IMG/VR virus record: IMGVR_UViG_3300044712_000367
Coordinates: 1-60,315 of that record
Source of the DNA: a virus
Length of the DNA stretch: 60,315 nucleotides
Strand: one strand, 5' to 3'
A program made the translations under genes and the position numbers. This document shows, in pieces, positions 7,243 through 15,435 of the stretch. Below the pieces are notes generated by a model, which was not told the DNA's origin, searched no databases, and saw nothing but the letters and a program-made list of their open reading frames with translations. Numbering within the stretch: the first letter of the stretch is position 1; every line of letters begins with the position of its first letter.

Positions 7243-7862
7243 CCATGTCCAGCTTCTGGAACCTGTCCGACGGATCGGACGCCAAGGAAGCCACCTCCGG
7301 CGAGTTTGACGCCGGTGGCGGTCGCATTGAGGTCATCCCCGACAATACGTCGGTGCTGGCCGTGATCGACGAGGCCAAGTGGGATCGGACGCAGGATCAG
7401 GGTCGCTTCATCTCGCTCCGCTGGAGCATCCTCGCGCCGGAGGAGTTCAAGAACCGGAAAATTTTCCAGAAGGTGTGGGTGTTGGACCCGAAGCCCAACA
7501 CCAAGCCCGAAAAGGTCGAGCAGACCCGCGACAAGGCCAAGCGCATGCTGGCCGCCATCGACATGAACGCAGGCGGCAAGCTGATGGCCAAGGGCGAGAT
7601 GCCGACGGATGAGACCCTGACCTCCTGCCTCACCAACAAGCCGATGGTGATCAGGGTCATGGTTTGGGAGATGCCTGACAAAACGACCGGCGGCACGGCG
7701 CAGGGCAACTGGGTTGGGGCCGTGTCGCCCAAGACCTCGCCCCAGTCGTCGCCGGAAGACATTGCCAAGGCGCAAGCGGCGATGGAGAAACGCCCCAAGC
7801 CGCAGGGCGGCGGGGCGGGGTCGATTTCGCGCCGCGAACTGGACGACGAAATTCCCTTCTGA
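7239..7862 (+). CDS. SSB-like ssDNA-binding protein with acidic C-terminal tip
   Basis: 207 aa. Ends in RRELDDEIPF (canonical SSB tip is DDDIPF). ATGA overlap with the Sak4-like gene. Confidence 0.65.
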   Translation: MTMSSFWNLSDGSDAKEATSGEFDAGGGRIEVIPDNTSVLAVIDEAKWDRTQDQGRFISLRWSILAPEEFKNRKIFQKVWVLDPKPNTKPEKVEQTRDKAKRMLAAIDMNAGGKLMAKGEMPTDETLTSCLTNKPMVIRVMVWEMPDKTTGGTAQGNWVGAVSPKTSPQSSPEDIAKAQAAMEKRPKPQGGGAGSISRRELDDEIPF

Positions 7863-7871
7863 GCAACCGGT

Positions 7872-7889
7872 GGGGGCGTTCGCGCCCCC
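7872..7889 (+). terminator. GC-rich hairpin with UUCG tetraloop after the SSB gene (no U tract)
   Basis: GGGGGCG-TTCG-CGCCCCC, 7-bp stem. Confidence 0.3.
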
Positions 7890-7929
7890 TCCACTACCAT
7901 CAACATGAACATGACATAGGAGAGATCAC

Positions 7930-8370
7930 ATGTTCGGATTTCTGAAAGAAAAGCTGTCGGGCGGCGCATCGCGCCTGTCGGGCAAGACCGACCTGCTGGA
8001 GGCCACCTGCGCCGCCTGTGCCCTGATCGCCGCCGCCGATGGCGACATCGAGGACGAAGAGGTCATGGCGACCATCGAGCAACTGACCAGCCATCCGACG
8101 CTGTCGGTGGCCTTCCAGCACTCGCAGATCGAGCAGGTCGCGAACGCCATGTTCAAGCGCGCCAAGGGCGGCCTGACGGGGCGTGTCGGCCTGATGAAAG
8201 AGATCGAGCAGGCCAAGAGCAAGTCCACCTCGGACGACCTTGAACTGATCCTCGCCATTGCCATCGACATCAGCCGCGCTGACGGCGAGATCGAACCGGC
8301 GGAAATGAAGGTGCTGGACAAGATCGCATCCACCCTGCGTTTCGATCTGCGGTCGTACCTCAATGCCTAA
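7930..8370 (+). CDS. TerB-family (tellurite-resistance TerB domain) protein
   Basis: 146 aa. Two acidic repeats, AAADGDIEDEEV and SRADGEIEPAEM, in a helical protein of TerB size. Confidence 0.7.
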   Translation: MFGFLKEKLSGGASRLSGKTDLLEATCAACALIAAADGDIEDEEVMATIEQLTSHPTLSVAFQHSQIEQVANAMFKRAKGGLTGRVGLMKEIEQAKSKSTSDDLELILAIAIDISRADGEIEPAEMKVLDKIASTLRFDLRSYLNA

Positions 8371-8512
8371 GACCGCGCAGTACGCCCTCTGGGCCATCGC
8401 GGTCGTGCTGGCGCTGATGCTGCTCTGGTTTGTCGCCAAGGCGGTGTTCCCCTTCGCGCTGGGCGCTGCGGCGGGCTTCGCGGCGATGTGGTGGTATCAG
8501 AACCGCGCATGA
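8363..8512 (+). CDS. Small two-helix membrane protein (49 aa)
   Basis: MPKTAQYALWAIAVVLALMLLWFVAKAVFPFALGAAAGFAAMWWYQNRA. Overlaps the TerB stop; its stop overlaps the next ATG (ATGA). Below the track cutoff. Confidence 0.5.
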   Translation: MPKTAQYALWAIAVVLALMLLWFVAKAVFPFALGAAAGFAAMWWYQNRA

Positions 8513-9132
8513 CAATCCGGGTGGCCTTCGGGCCACCCTTCCTTACCCTTGCAATGAGCATGACCATGACCCGATTGACCAAAGATGCCCGCCAGACGCT
8601 GCACCGCCAGATCATGCACGGCATTCCCGACATCGACTACCTCACCCAGATCAGGCAGATCGGGCAGGAGGAGATCATCCGTTTTGCCCCGAAATCGGTG
8701 CAGACGGTCTACGCCAATGAAGGCACCCGCCGCCACCTGATGGCCCACCTCTTTAACTTGAAGCGCGGCAACGCATCGATCTTATGGCACCGCTGTTACG
8801 GGCTGACCGATGACCTCACCCTGCGGATGGATGAAGGCGTCATGGCTTACCTCAAGGAAGGCACCGTGCATCACGCCATCGCCATTCGCATCCTGAAAGA
8901 TGACCTGCTGAACAAATATCTCGAGCAGGAAGCCCTGCGCGAGAGCGTGTCGAAGCGCCTGAAGGCGAACCTTGAGGCCGCGAACACGATCAAGCAGCTG
9001 TATGAGACGCTGGAGCCGGAATTGCACCGCTTCATCCCGAGGGAGCCGGAGGCGGTGAAGAAGGTGAACCTGCCCACGGCCATCGCGCCCGTGGTGGAAG
9101 ACCTGAAGAAACTCGGATTTGGAGCCAAGTGA
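8509..9132 (+). CDS. Hypothetical protein (207 aa)
   Basis: Track ORF 8488..9132 with start moved to ATG 8509 (ATGA coupling). No family recognised. Confidence 0.6.
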   Translation: MTIRVAFGPPFLTLAMSMTMTRLTKDARQTLHRQIMHGIPDIDYLTQIRQIGQEEIIRFAPKSVQTVYANEGTRRHLMAHLFNLKRGNASILWHRCYGLTDDLTLRMDEGVMAYLKEGTVHHAIAIRILKDDLLNKYLEQEALRESVSKRLKANLEAANTIKQLYETLEPELHRFIPREPEAVKKVNLPTAIAPVVEDLKKLGFGAK

Positions 9133-10004
9133 TGGAACAGAGATCGGAAGAGTGGTTCGAGGCCCGCAAAGGTCGCGTGACCGGATCGAATATCGGGGCC
9201 ATCCTTGGCCTTGACCCCAACCGCACCCGCGACGAGGTGATGCGGGAGATGGTGCGGACCTATCACGGCCACCCGCGCGAATTTCAAGGGAACATCGCCA
9301 CCCAGCACGGCGTCGTCCATGAAAACGAGGCGCGGGATGATTTCTGTTACGCCACCGGCGCTGAGGTGGTGCCCGCCTCGTTCTGCATCCACAGCAACAT
9401 TCCGTGGCTTGGGGCCAGCCCTGACGGATTTGTCGGCGACGATGGTATCTTGGAGATCAAGTGCCCCTTCGGGCTGCGGGACCATGACGCGCCTGTGCCG
9501 TTCAAGACTGCGGCGGAGCAGCCGCACTACTACGCCCAGATGCAGGTGCAGATGTACGTAACCGACCGGTCGATGTGCTACTTCTGGCAGTGGACGCGCA
9601 ACGACAGCAAGCTGGAGACGGTCGAATTTGACAGCGACTACATGGCCTCGATCTTCCCGAAGCTGAAAGAATTCTTCGACGAGTTCCTGAGGCAGATCGA
9701 CGCGCCCGAGGAGCATTTGGAGCCGTTGCGGAAGGTGGTCGACACCCCCCGCGCGCTGCAGATGATTGCCGAGTATGACGACCTGACCCACGCCATCGAA
9801 GTGGCCGAGGCCCGCAAGAAGGAGCTGCTGACCGAGATCGTCAAAGCTGCGGGCGAGAAGAATGCGGTGTTCGGCGGTCGCAAGCTGACCAAGGTCGAGA
9901 AGCAGGGGTCGATCTCGTACGCCGCCGCCATCAAGGTGTTGGCTCCCAACGCGAACCTCGAACCGTGGCGCGGGAAACCGTCCAGCTATTGGATGCTGAA
10001 ATGA
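9129..10004 (+). CDS. YqaJ / lambda-Exo-like recombination exonuclease
   Basis: QRSEEWFEARKGRVTGSNIGAILG and LEIKCP motifs. 291 aa. Confidence 0.85.
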   Translation: MMEQRSEEWFEARKGRVTGSNIGAILGLDPNRTRDEVMREMVRTYHGHPREFQGNIATQHGVVHENEARDDFCYATGAEVVPASFCIHSNIPWLGASPDGFVGDDGILEIKCPFGLRDHDAPVPFKTAAEQPHYYAQMQVQMYVTDRSMCYFWQWTRNDSKLETVEFDSDYMASIFPKLKEFFDEFLRQIDAPEEHLEPLRKVVDTPRALQMIAEYDDLTHAIEVAEARKKELLTEIVKAAGEKNAVFGGRKLTKVEKQGSISYAAAIKVLAPNANLEPWRGKPSSYWMLK

Positions 10005-10222
10005 CGCTGGAGGAGGAAAACGAACACCTGCGGAGGGCCAACATGTCCCTCCAGCGCAGGCTGGAGGCGGCCCGCCGCGATGCCCTGCTCTATGCGGCCC
10101 AGTTTTGTGAGGATCACCATATGGTCTGGACGGAAGGCGAGGGCTGGGGATTGGTTTCGACCAAAGGGCGCGATCATGGCGGCCAAGCCTACGCCGCCAA
10201 GCTGCGGGAGATCGCGAGATGA
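10001..10222 (+). CDS. Small coiled-coil protein (73 aa)
   Basis: Start moved to MTLEEENEHL (ATGA overlap with the exonuclease stop). Confidence 0.55.
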   Translation: MTLEEENEHLRRANMSLQRRLEAARRDALLYAAQFCEDHHMVWTEGEGWGLVSTKGRDHGGQAYAAKLREIAR

Positions 10223-12144
10223 CCCTGAGACCCTACCAGCTGGACAGCCACAACGCAGTCGTGGACTGGATCAAGAAAAACCGCACTCCTTGCCTGATCG
10301 AGGCGGCCACGGGCGCGGGCAAGAGCCACATCATCGCGGCACTGGCTGACACGGTCCACAGCATTTCCAAGGGCAAGCATGTCCTTGTCCTGCAGCCCTC
10401 GGCGGAGCTGGTGGAGCAGAACGCCGAAAAGTACCGCGCGACCGGCGCGAAATGCTCGATCTTCTCCGCGTCAGCGGGCGAGAAGAGCTTGCGGCATCCG
10501 GTGGTGTTCGGCACTCCCCTGACGGTCAAGAACCGCATCTCCCGCTTCGGCTCTCAATTCGCGGTGGTGATCATCGACGAGTGCCACGGCATGACGCCCA
10601 CGGTGCTGTCGATCATCGACGCAATGAGGGAGGCCAACCCAAATCTGCGCGTGATCGGCCTGTCGGCCACGCCCTACCGCATGGGGACCGGATACCTGTT
10701 TGCCCAGTGGCCAGACGGCAAGCCCGTGCGCGAGGATGAGACGAAAGACCCCTATTTCGGGGCCTGCGTCTACCGCATCCGCGCGCGCAGCCTGATTGAC
10801 ATGGGCTACCTGACACCGCCGGTGATCGGATCGGTCGGCGTTGCATCGTACGAAACACTGAACCTGCAACTGAACGGGCGCGGGCAGTTCGACGCCGCCG
10901 ACATCGACCGCGCTTTCCATGGGCAGGGCCGCAAAACTGCCGCGATCATCGCCGACATCGTGGGCCAGTCGCGCGACCGGCAGGGAGTGATGATCTTCGC
11001 CGCCACCGTGCGCCACGCGCAGGAGTGCATGGCCAGCCTGCCGCCCAGCATCTCCGCGCTGGTGACGGGTGAGACCCCCAAGAAGGATCGCAAGGCAATC
11101 CTCGCGGCTTTCAAGGCGCGCAAGATCAAGTACCTCGTCAACGTGTCGGTGCTGACCACCGGCTTCGACGCGCCGCATGTGGACGTGATTGCCATGTTGC
11201 GGGCCACGGAGAGTGTCGGCTTGCTGCAGCAGATCATCGGGCGCGGCCTGCGTCTCGACACCGGCAAGACCAACTGCATGGTGCTGGATTATGCCCAGAA
11301 CATCGACCGGCACTGCCCCGACGGCGATATTTTCTCGCCGGAAGTCAGAGTGAAGGGCGGCGACAAGGGCGAGGGCAGCTTGTCTTGCCTCTGCCCTGAT
11401 TGCGGGGTCGAAAACGAATTCTCGCCGCGCCCGAACGACGAGAATTACGAGGTTGACGAGAACGGGTACTTCCTCGACCTCGACGGCAATCGGATCGAGA
11501 CGGAGTGGGGCGCGATGCCAGCGCACTTCGGTCGCCGATGCCTCGGGATGTCCACCATCGCGGGCGATCTGGTGCGCTGCGGATACCGGTGGACCTTCAA
11601 ACCGTGCCCATCCTGCGAGGCCCCCAACGACATCGCGGCGCGCTATTGCACGTCGTGCAAGGGTGAGATTGTCGACCCCAACGAGAAGCTGCGGCTCGAC
11701 TTCAAAGCCCTCAAGCGTGACCCGACGCAGGTCCAGACCGACGAGGTGATTTCGTGGCGGATGATCCCCAGCGTGTCCCGCACCGGCAAGGATACCGACA
11801 GGGTTGACGTGGTGACCCCCTATCGGTCATTTTCGTTCTGGGTACTGCGCGCTCCGACGTTCAGCCGCGCCATGAAAGACAGGGCGATGCTGGATGGGCT
11901 TGGCGGGCAGCAGCCGATGACCATTACCTATCAGAAAGACGCGGAGACCGGATTTTACCGCGCCATCGCATACAACAGGAAACCCGATGAAGCTCCCGCA
12001 GGACATCCCGATCTGGGGAAACGTAAAGTATCGGGGCGCATGCCCCAAGGAGACGCTGGAGCAGGTGACCTTTTTTGCGCGCCTGCGGCGGGAGTTTCCT
12101 TCCAGCTATGGCCTGCTGGCGCTGCATCCACGCAACGAGGGTAA
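10219..12144 (+). CDS. SF2 DEAD/DEAH-box DNA helicase with C-terminal zinc ribbons
   Basis: ATGAGKSH (Walker A), IIDECH (DExH), SATPYR, QIIGRGLR. CPDCG and CPSCE..CTSCKG ribbons. Last 52 codons overlap the next gene out of frame with low GC3. Confidence 0.85.
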   Translation: MTLRPYQLDSHNAVVDWIKKNRTPCLIEAATGAGKSHIIAALADTVHSISKGKHVLVLQPSAELVEQNAEKYRATGAKCSIFSASAGEKSLRHPVVFGTPLTVKNRISRFGSQFAVVIIDECHGMTPTVLSIIDAMREANPNLRVIGLSATPYRMGTGYLFAQWPDGKPVREDETKDPYFGACVYRIRARSLIDMGYLTPPVIGSVGVASYETLNLQLNGRGQFDAADIDRAFHGQGRKTAAIIADIVGQSRDRQGVMIFAATVRHAQECMASLPPSISALVTGETPKKDRKAILAAFKARKIKYLVNVSVLTTGFDAPHVDVIAMLRATESVGLLQQIIGRGLRLDTGKTNCMVLDYAQNIDRHCPDGDIFSPEVRVKGGDKGEGSLSCLCPDCGVENEFSPRPNDENYEVDENGYFLDLDGNRIETEWGAMPAHFGRRCLGMSTIAGDLVRCGYRWTFKPCPSCEAPNDIAARYCTSCKGEIVDPNEKLRLDFKALKRDPTQVQTDEVISWRMIPSVSRTGKDTDRVDVVTPYRSFSFWVLRAPTFSRAMKDRAMLDGLGGQQPMTITYQKDAETGFYRAIAYNRKPDEAPAGHPDLGKRKVSGRMPQGDAGAGDLFCAPAAGVSFQLWPAGAASTQRG

Positions 12145-12403
12145 GCGCACCCACCTGCAGGCGGCCAAAGAGAAAAGCGAGGGGATGGCGACCGGCGCGA
12201 CCGACATCGTCATCCCCGCCGCGCGGCCATTCGTCTGTGAGTTGAAGCGCCGCGACCACACGGTCAGCTCCATCGCCGACGAGCAGCTTGCCTATCTGCG
12301 CGCGGCGCAGGCGGCGGGGGCCTACGCCTGCATCGCGCTGGGCGTGGACGCGGCGTGGGAAGCGTTCCAGCACTGGCGGGAGCAGCGCGATGTGGCGGCC
12401 TGA
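11987..12403 (+). CDS. VRR-NUC domain nuclease
   Basis: 138 aa. GATDIVIPAARPFVCELKRRD fits the D..(E)xK core of VRR-NUC. High GC3 from the first codon. Confidence 0.7.
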   Translation: MKLPQDIPIWGNVKYRGACPKETLEQVTFFARLRREFPSSYGLLALHPRNEGKRTHLQAAKEKSEGMATGATDIVIPAARPFVCELKRRDHTVSSIADEQLAYLRAAQAAGAYACIALGVDAAWEAFQHWREQRDVAA

Positions 12404-12638
12404 GCTGCGGCCCAGTCGGCGCATTGAGCGGGTTTTGCGGGGCGAGGTGCGTCTTGAAGACGAAGACCCCTCGATCCAGTCGGCCTGCTCGTTCTATATC
12501 TATCAGGGCGCGAAAGAGCTGCTGGCCATTCCCAGCAAGGAAGCGCGCAGGCGCGCACTGACAAAGGTGCCGGAAGCGATCCGGCCCCACATCGAGAAAG
12601 AAGCATGGCGGATATACGACAGAAAGGTGGGGCGGTGA
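12390..12638 (+). CDS. Hypothetical protein (82 aa)
   Basis: Start trimmed to MWRPELRPSRRIERV; upstream part of the track ORF is Arg-rich shadow text. Confidence 0.5.
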   Translation: MWRPELRPSRRIERVLRGEVRLEDEDPSIQSACSFYIYQGAKELLAIPSKEARRRALTKVPEAIRPHIEKEAWRIYDRKVGR

Positions 12639-12865
12639 GGTTCTTCTTCACCATGAACATGCAATCCCGCAGTGGAAATCCGACCCATCAGGTGATCGGG
12701 GTGGTGCGGGGGGTAAACACCTTGGAGGCGCTGCGGGATGAGGTCGAGGATCGGGATTTCCTGATCGTCGAAGAATTCTACAAGAGGCCGGAAGGTGGCT
12801 TCTACAGCGTGGGCGAGATCATCCTGAACACCATGCACATCGGAAAGGTCAAGATCGACGCTTGA
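12605..12865 (+). CDS. Hypothetical protein (86 aa; start uncertain, alternatives GTG 12635 or ATG 12653)
   Basis: Track ORF; ...MQSRSGNPTHQVIGVVRGVNTLEALRDEVEDRDFLIVEEFYKRPEGG. Confidence 0.5.
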   Translation: MADIRQKGGAVRFFFTMNMQSRSGNPTHQVIGVVRGVNTLEALRDEVEDRDFLIVEEFYKRPEGGFYSVGEIILNTMHIGKVKIDA

Positions 12866-12896
12866 CGGCGCGAAGCCGCTGGGAAAAGGTGTAAAA

Positions 12897-13238
12897 ATGC
12901 CTTGGGAAAAGATCAGCCGCTCACCCGAACAAAACTCTCGCTACAAGCGCCGAGACCGTCCATGCACATCGCGCAGTCCGGACCGGCCTGACGCGGCGTA
13001 TCTGATGCTGCCGCGCGACATGGTGAGCGCAAATCGGGTGTCGATCTACACCGGAAAAGATGGCCGGATCGCATTCGAATTCGATGTCGCGGGAGACTAT
13101 GCGGTGCGGCCAACCAGCCGCACCAGCTACACCATGCGGATCACGATCCCGAAGGCCTTGGCCCAGTCGATCCGCTTCGGATTAAATGATGTCGATTTGG
13201 AGCGAAACCCAGACGGGTGGCTGATCCTCACGCCATGA
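12897..13238 (+). CDS. Hypothetical protein, paralogue of 55875..56240 (possible AbrB/SpoVT-like beta domain)
   Basis: AFEFDVAGDYAVRPTSRTSYTMRITIPKAL compares with AFKIGDRGDYKIRPQNSTSDILIAQAPFGL. Last gene of the rightward block. Confidence 0.5.
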   Translation: MPWEKISRSPEQNSRYKRRDRPCTSRSPDRPDAAYLMLPRDMVSANRVSIYTGKDGRIAFEFDVAGDYAVRPTSRTSYTMRITIPKALAQSIRFGLNDVDLERNPDGWLILTP

Positions 13239-13692
13239 TGTAGGTGCGGAAGAAGGCGTCCACCTCCGCATCGGACCGGCCCTGCGCCATCGCCATCATC
13301 CCCACCAGCGGGTCGAGGCGGTCGACGTAGGACGGGCGCGCCGCTTTCGCCTTCGCGGCGAACCGCTGGCTTTCAGGCAGGAGGTTGATGGTCGCCAGCA
13401 CCGTGGGCGGGAGGGTGCCGGAGAGCCAGACTTCACCATCCGCCTCGCTGATCCAGTTTTCGGTCACCAAGCCGATCAACATCTGCGAGAAGGACAGGCG
13501 CATCCCTGCGCGCTCGGCCTGCAGCAGCTCCTCCGGAGTGGGTTCTGGATCGGGCGGCACGGCGACGAGGCTGTACACCCCGTCAGTCCAGCCGTCAGCT
13601 GCGGGAGACACCACGTCTCCGCTGGGGAGGCTGAGCCAGCCGCCCTCGGCCACAGTGCTGATCACTTGGCCATCTTGCATCAGGTTCAGCAT
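13228..13692 (-). CDS. Hypothetical protein; tail-fibre assembly/chaperone candidate by position only
   Basis: Track ORF, last gene of the late block. Converges with 12897..13238 (11-nt overlap). Confidence 0.55.
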   Translation of the reverse strand: MLNLMQDGQVISTVAEGGWLSLPSGDVVSPAADGWTDGVYSLVAVPPDPEPTPEELLQAERAGMRLSFSQMLIGLVTENWISEADGEVWLSGTLPPTVLATINLLPESQRFAAKAKAARPSYVDRLDPLVGMMAMAQGRSDAEVDAFFRTYIMA

Positions 13693-13708
13693 TTATCGCT
13701 CCATCACG

Positions 13709-14296
13709 TTAGAAGGAAAAGCTTGCAGCCACGGTCAGCTGGATGCTCGTCCCGTCGGGGTCGTAGGTCACTGTCGCGCCGCTCGTCGACGTGTCGACAC
13801 CCACAATCGCTTGCGCGGTCGGGGAGTATACGCTGTCGCAGTTGGTGATGGTCGCGCCGACGCCGGAGAAGTTGTTGACCGCGCCGACCACTGAGAAGCC
13901 GTTTGCGCCAGTGGCGATGGCCACGGTGTCCCCGTTGGTATAGCCAGACGCCACCGTGGGCAGAGCGGACACGTTGTCCACGACGACGATGATCCAGCAG
14001 TCTGCGGCGGTCAGGGTGAACACCCCGCTGGTGTCGGTGCCGAGGTCGATCTTGAAGATGCCGCAGGCGTGGCCGTCTCCAAGGTTCGAATTGGACCGGT
14101 TGATCACGGCGGTCGCGGTCACGCCGTTCACGGATGGCGCGGCCACGGTGACCGAGCTGGACGAAAACCGCGCGCCGATCAGGACCGCAAACTTCGAATT
14201 CGCGGAGAGGGTTTGCGTGAAGCTGGCGGTCTTCTTGTAGACTGTGAGGGTCGGGGCAGACGCCAGCGAGACGATGGGCATCAAAGGGAAGCTCAT
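13709..14296 (-). CDS. Distal fibre / receptor-binding candidate (195 aa, Ser/Thr/Val-rich beta protein)
   Basis: Start moved to MSFPLMPIV (ATGA overlap with the stop of 14293..15435). Confidence 0.55.
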   Translation of the reverse strand: MSFPLMPIVSLASAPTLTVYKKTASFTQTLSANSKFAVLIGARFSSSSVTVAAPSVNGVTATAVINRSNSNLGDGHACGIFKIDLGTDTSGVFTLTAADCWIIVVVDNVSALPTVASGYTNGDTVAIATGANGFSVVGAVNNFSGVGATITNCDSVYSPTAQAIVGVDTSTSGATVTYDPDGTSIQLTVAASFSF

Positions 14297-15435
14297 TGCA
14301 GGGCCTGCACGCTGGCCAGCTTGAAGCCGTTGCACTTCGTGATGAACACGAAGAATTTGTTCCCGTTGATGGTCGTCAGGCTGTCACCCGCGACCCTATT
14401 GAAGCCGGTAAAGGTGACCGCGCCCGCGCTGGCGTTGTTGGTGATCTGGATCACCATCGTGTAGTCGCCCGATCCGGTGGGGGCGGCCAGCGTAAATGCC
14501 CCGCCGTTGACGATCCGCTTGAAGTTTCCACCGCTGGGGTCCGGTGTGTACGTGGTGCCAGCCGTGAACGTGCCATCGTCGTCGGTGGTGGCGGTGATGC
14601 CCGCGTACGACAGCGATTGCACGGCGGTGTTGGTGGCTGATCGGCCCGCGATCACATTGTTGCCGCCCACCGTCATCAATCCGGTTGAAGTGACGCGCAT
14701 CACTTCAGACGCCGCCGCACCGGCAGCCATCAGGCGCAGGACAAAGTCAAAATCCTCGGTTCCGGTCGCGACATCCGTGGCGACCACAGCCATCTGGCCG
14801 CCGACCTTGGTGACGCCCGCCGCAGTCTCCGCCGCGAATGCCACCATGGGTCCGATGCCTGCGGCGGGCGTCCCGCTCGATTGGCTGTCGAGGCGCAGGG
14901 CTTCGGTGTCGGTGTTCGTGGCGGCGGTCGTCGCCGTGACCGTCACTTTGGTGCCGTTGTAGGTGAAACCGGTGCTGCCAGTCAGGCCAGTGCCGTCGCT
15001 GTAGGAAACGTTCCCCGCCGCGCCCACCGAGACAACCGAGTTGTCTGCGGTGTAGAAGTTGACGGTGCCCGCCGAGGGACTGGTCGCGTAGATGATGCGG
15101 CGGCCATTCTGCGGGATGATGACGGAGGTTCCGGTGTCCACGCTCTTGACGGTCAGGGTGAACGCGCCGGTTGTCGCGTTCGACACGATCCACTCCCCGC
15201 AGACCCCGCTCGGCACCTGATAGGTGGTGTTTTGGGTCAGGGTGCCCGTGAAATTCAGGATCAGGTTCCGATACTCGTCCACCGTGAGCGTATTGGTGGC
15301 GGGAACCCCCGTCACGTTCTTGCTGGTGGTGCCGCCCAGAGCGGCGTCGAGGTAACCGAAGTTGTTGTTGAGCGGGCCGCCCCAGTTGGTGGAGTTGATG
15401 GCCGGTTGCTCGAGGCCTTTGTTGGTCGTCGCCAT
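14293..15435 (-). CDS. Tail fibre protein
   Basis: N-terminus MATTNKGLEQPAINSTNWGGPLNNNFGYLDAALGG is a common phage fibre N-terminal signature. Thr/Gly/Ala-rich beta repeats follow. Confidence 0.7.
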   Translation of the reverse strand: MATTNKGLEQPAINSTNWGGPLNNNFGYLDAALGGTTSKNVTGVPATNTLTVDEYRNLILNFTGTLTQNTTYQVPSGVCGEWIVSNATTGAFTLTVKSVDTGTSVIIPQNGRRIIYATSPSAGTVNFYTADNSVVSVGAAGNVSYSDGTGLTGSTGFTYNGTKVTVTATTAATNTDTEALRLDSQSSGTPAAGIGPMVAFAAETAAGVTKVGGQMAVVATDVATGTEDFDFVLRLMAAGAAASEVMRVTSTGLMTVGGNNVIAGRSATNTAVQSLSYAGITATTDDDGTFTAGTTYTPDPSGGNFKRIVNGGAFTLAAPTGSGDYTMVIQITNNASAGAVTFTGFNRVAGDSLTTINGNKFFVFITKCNGFKLASVQALQ

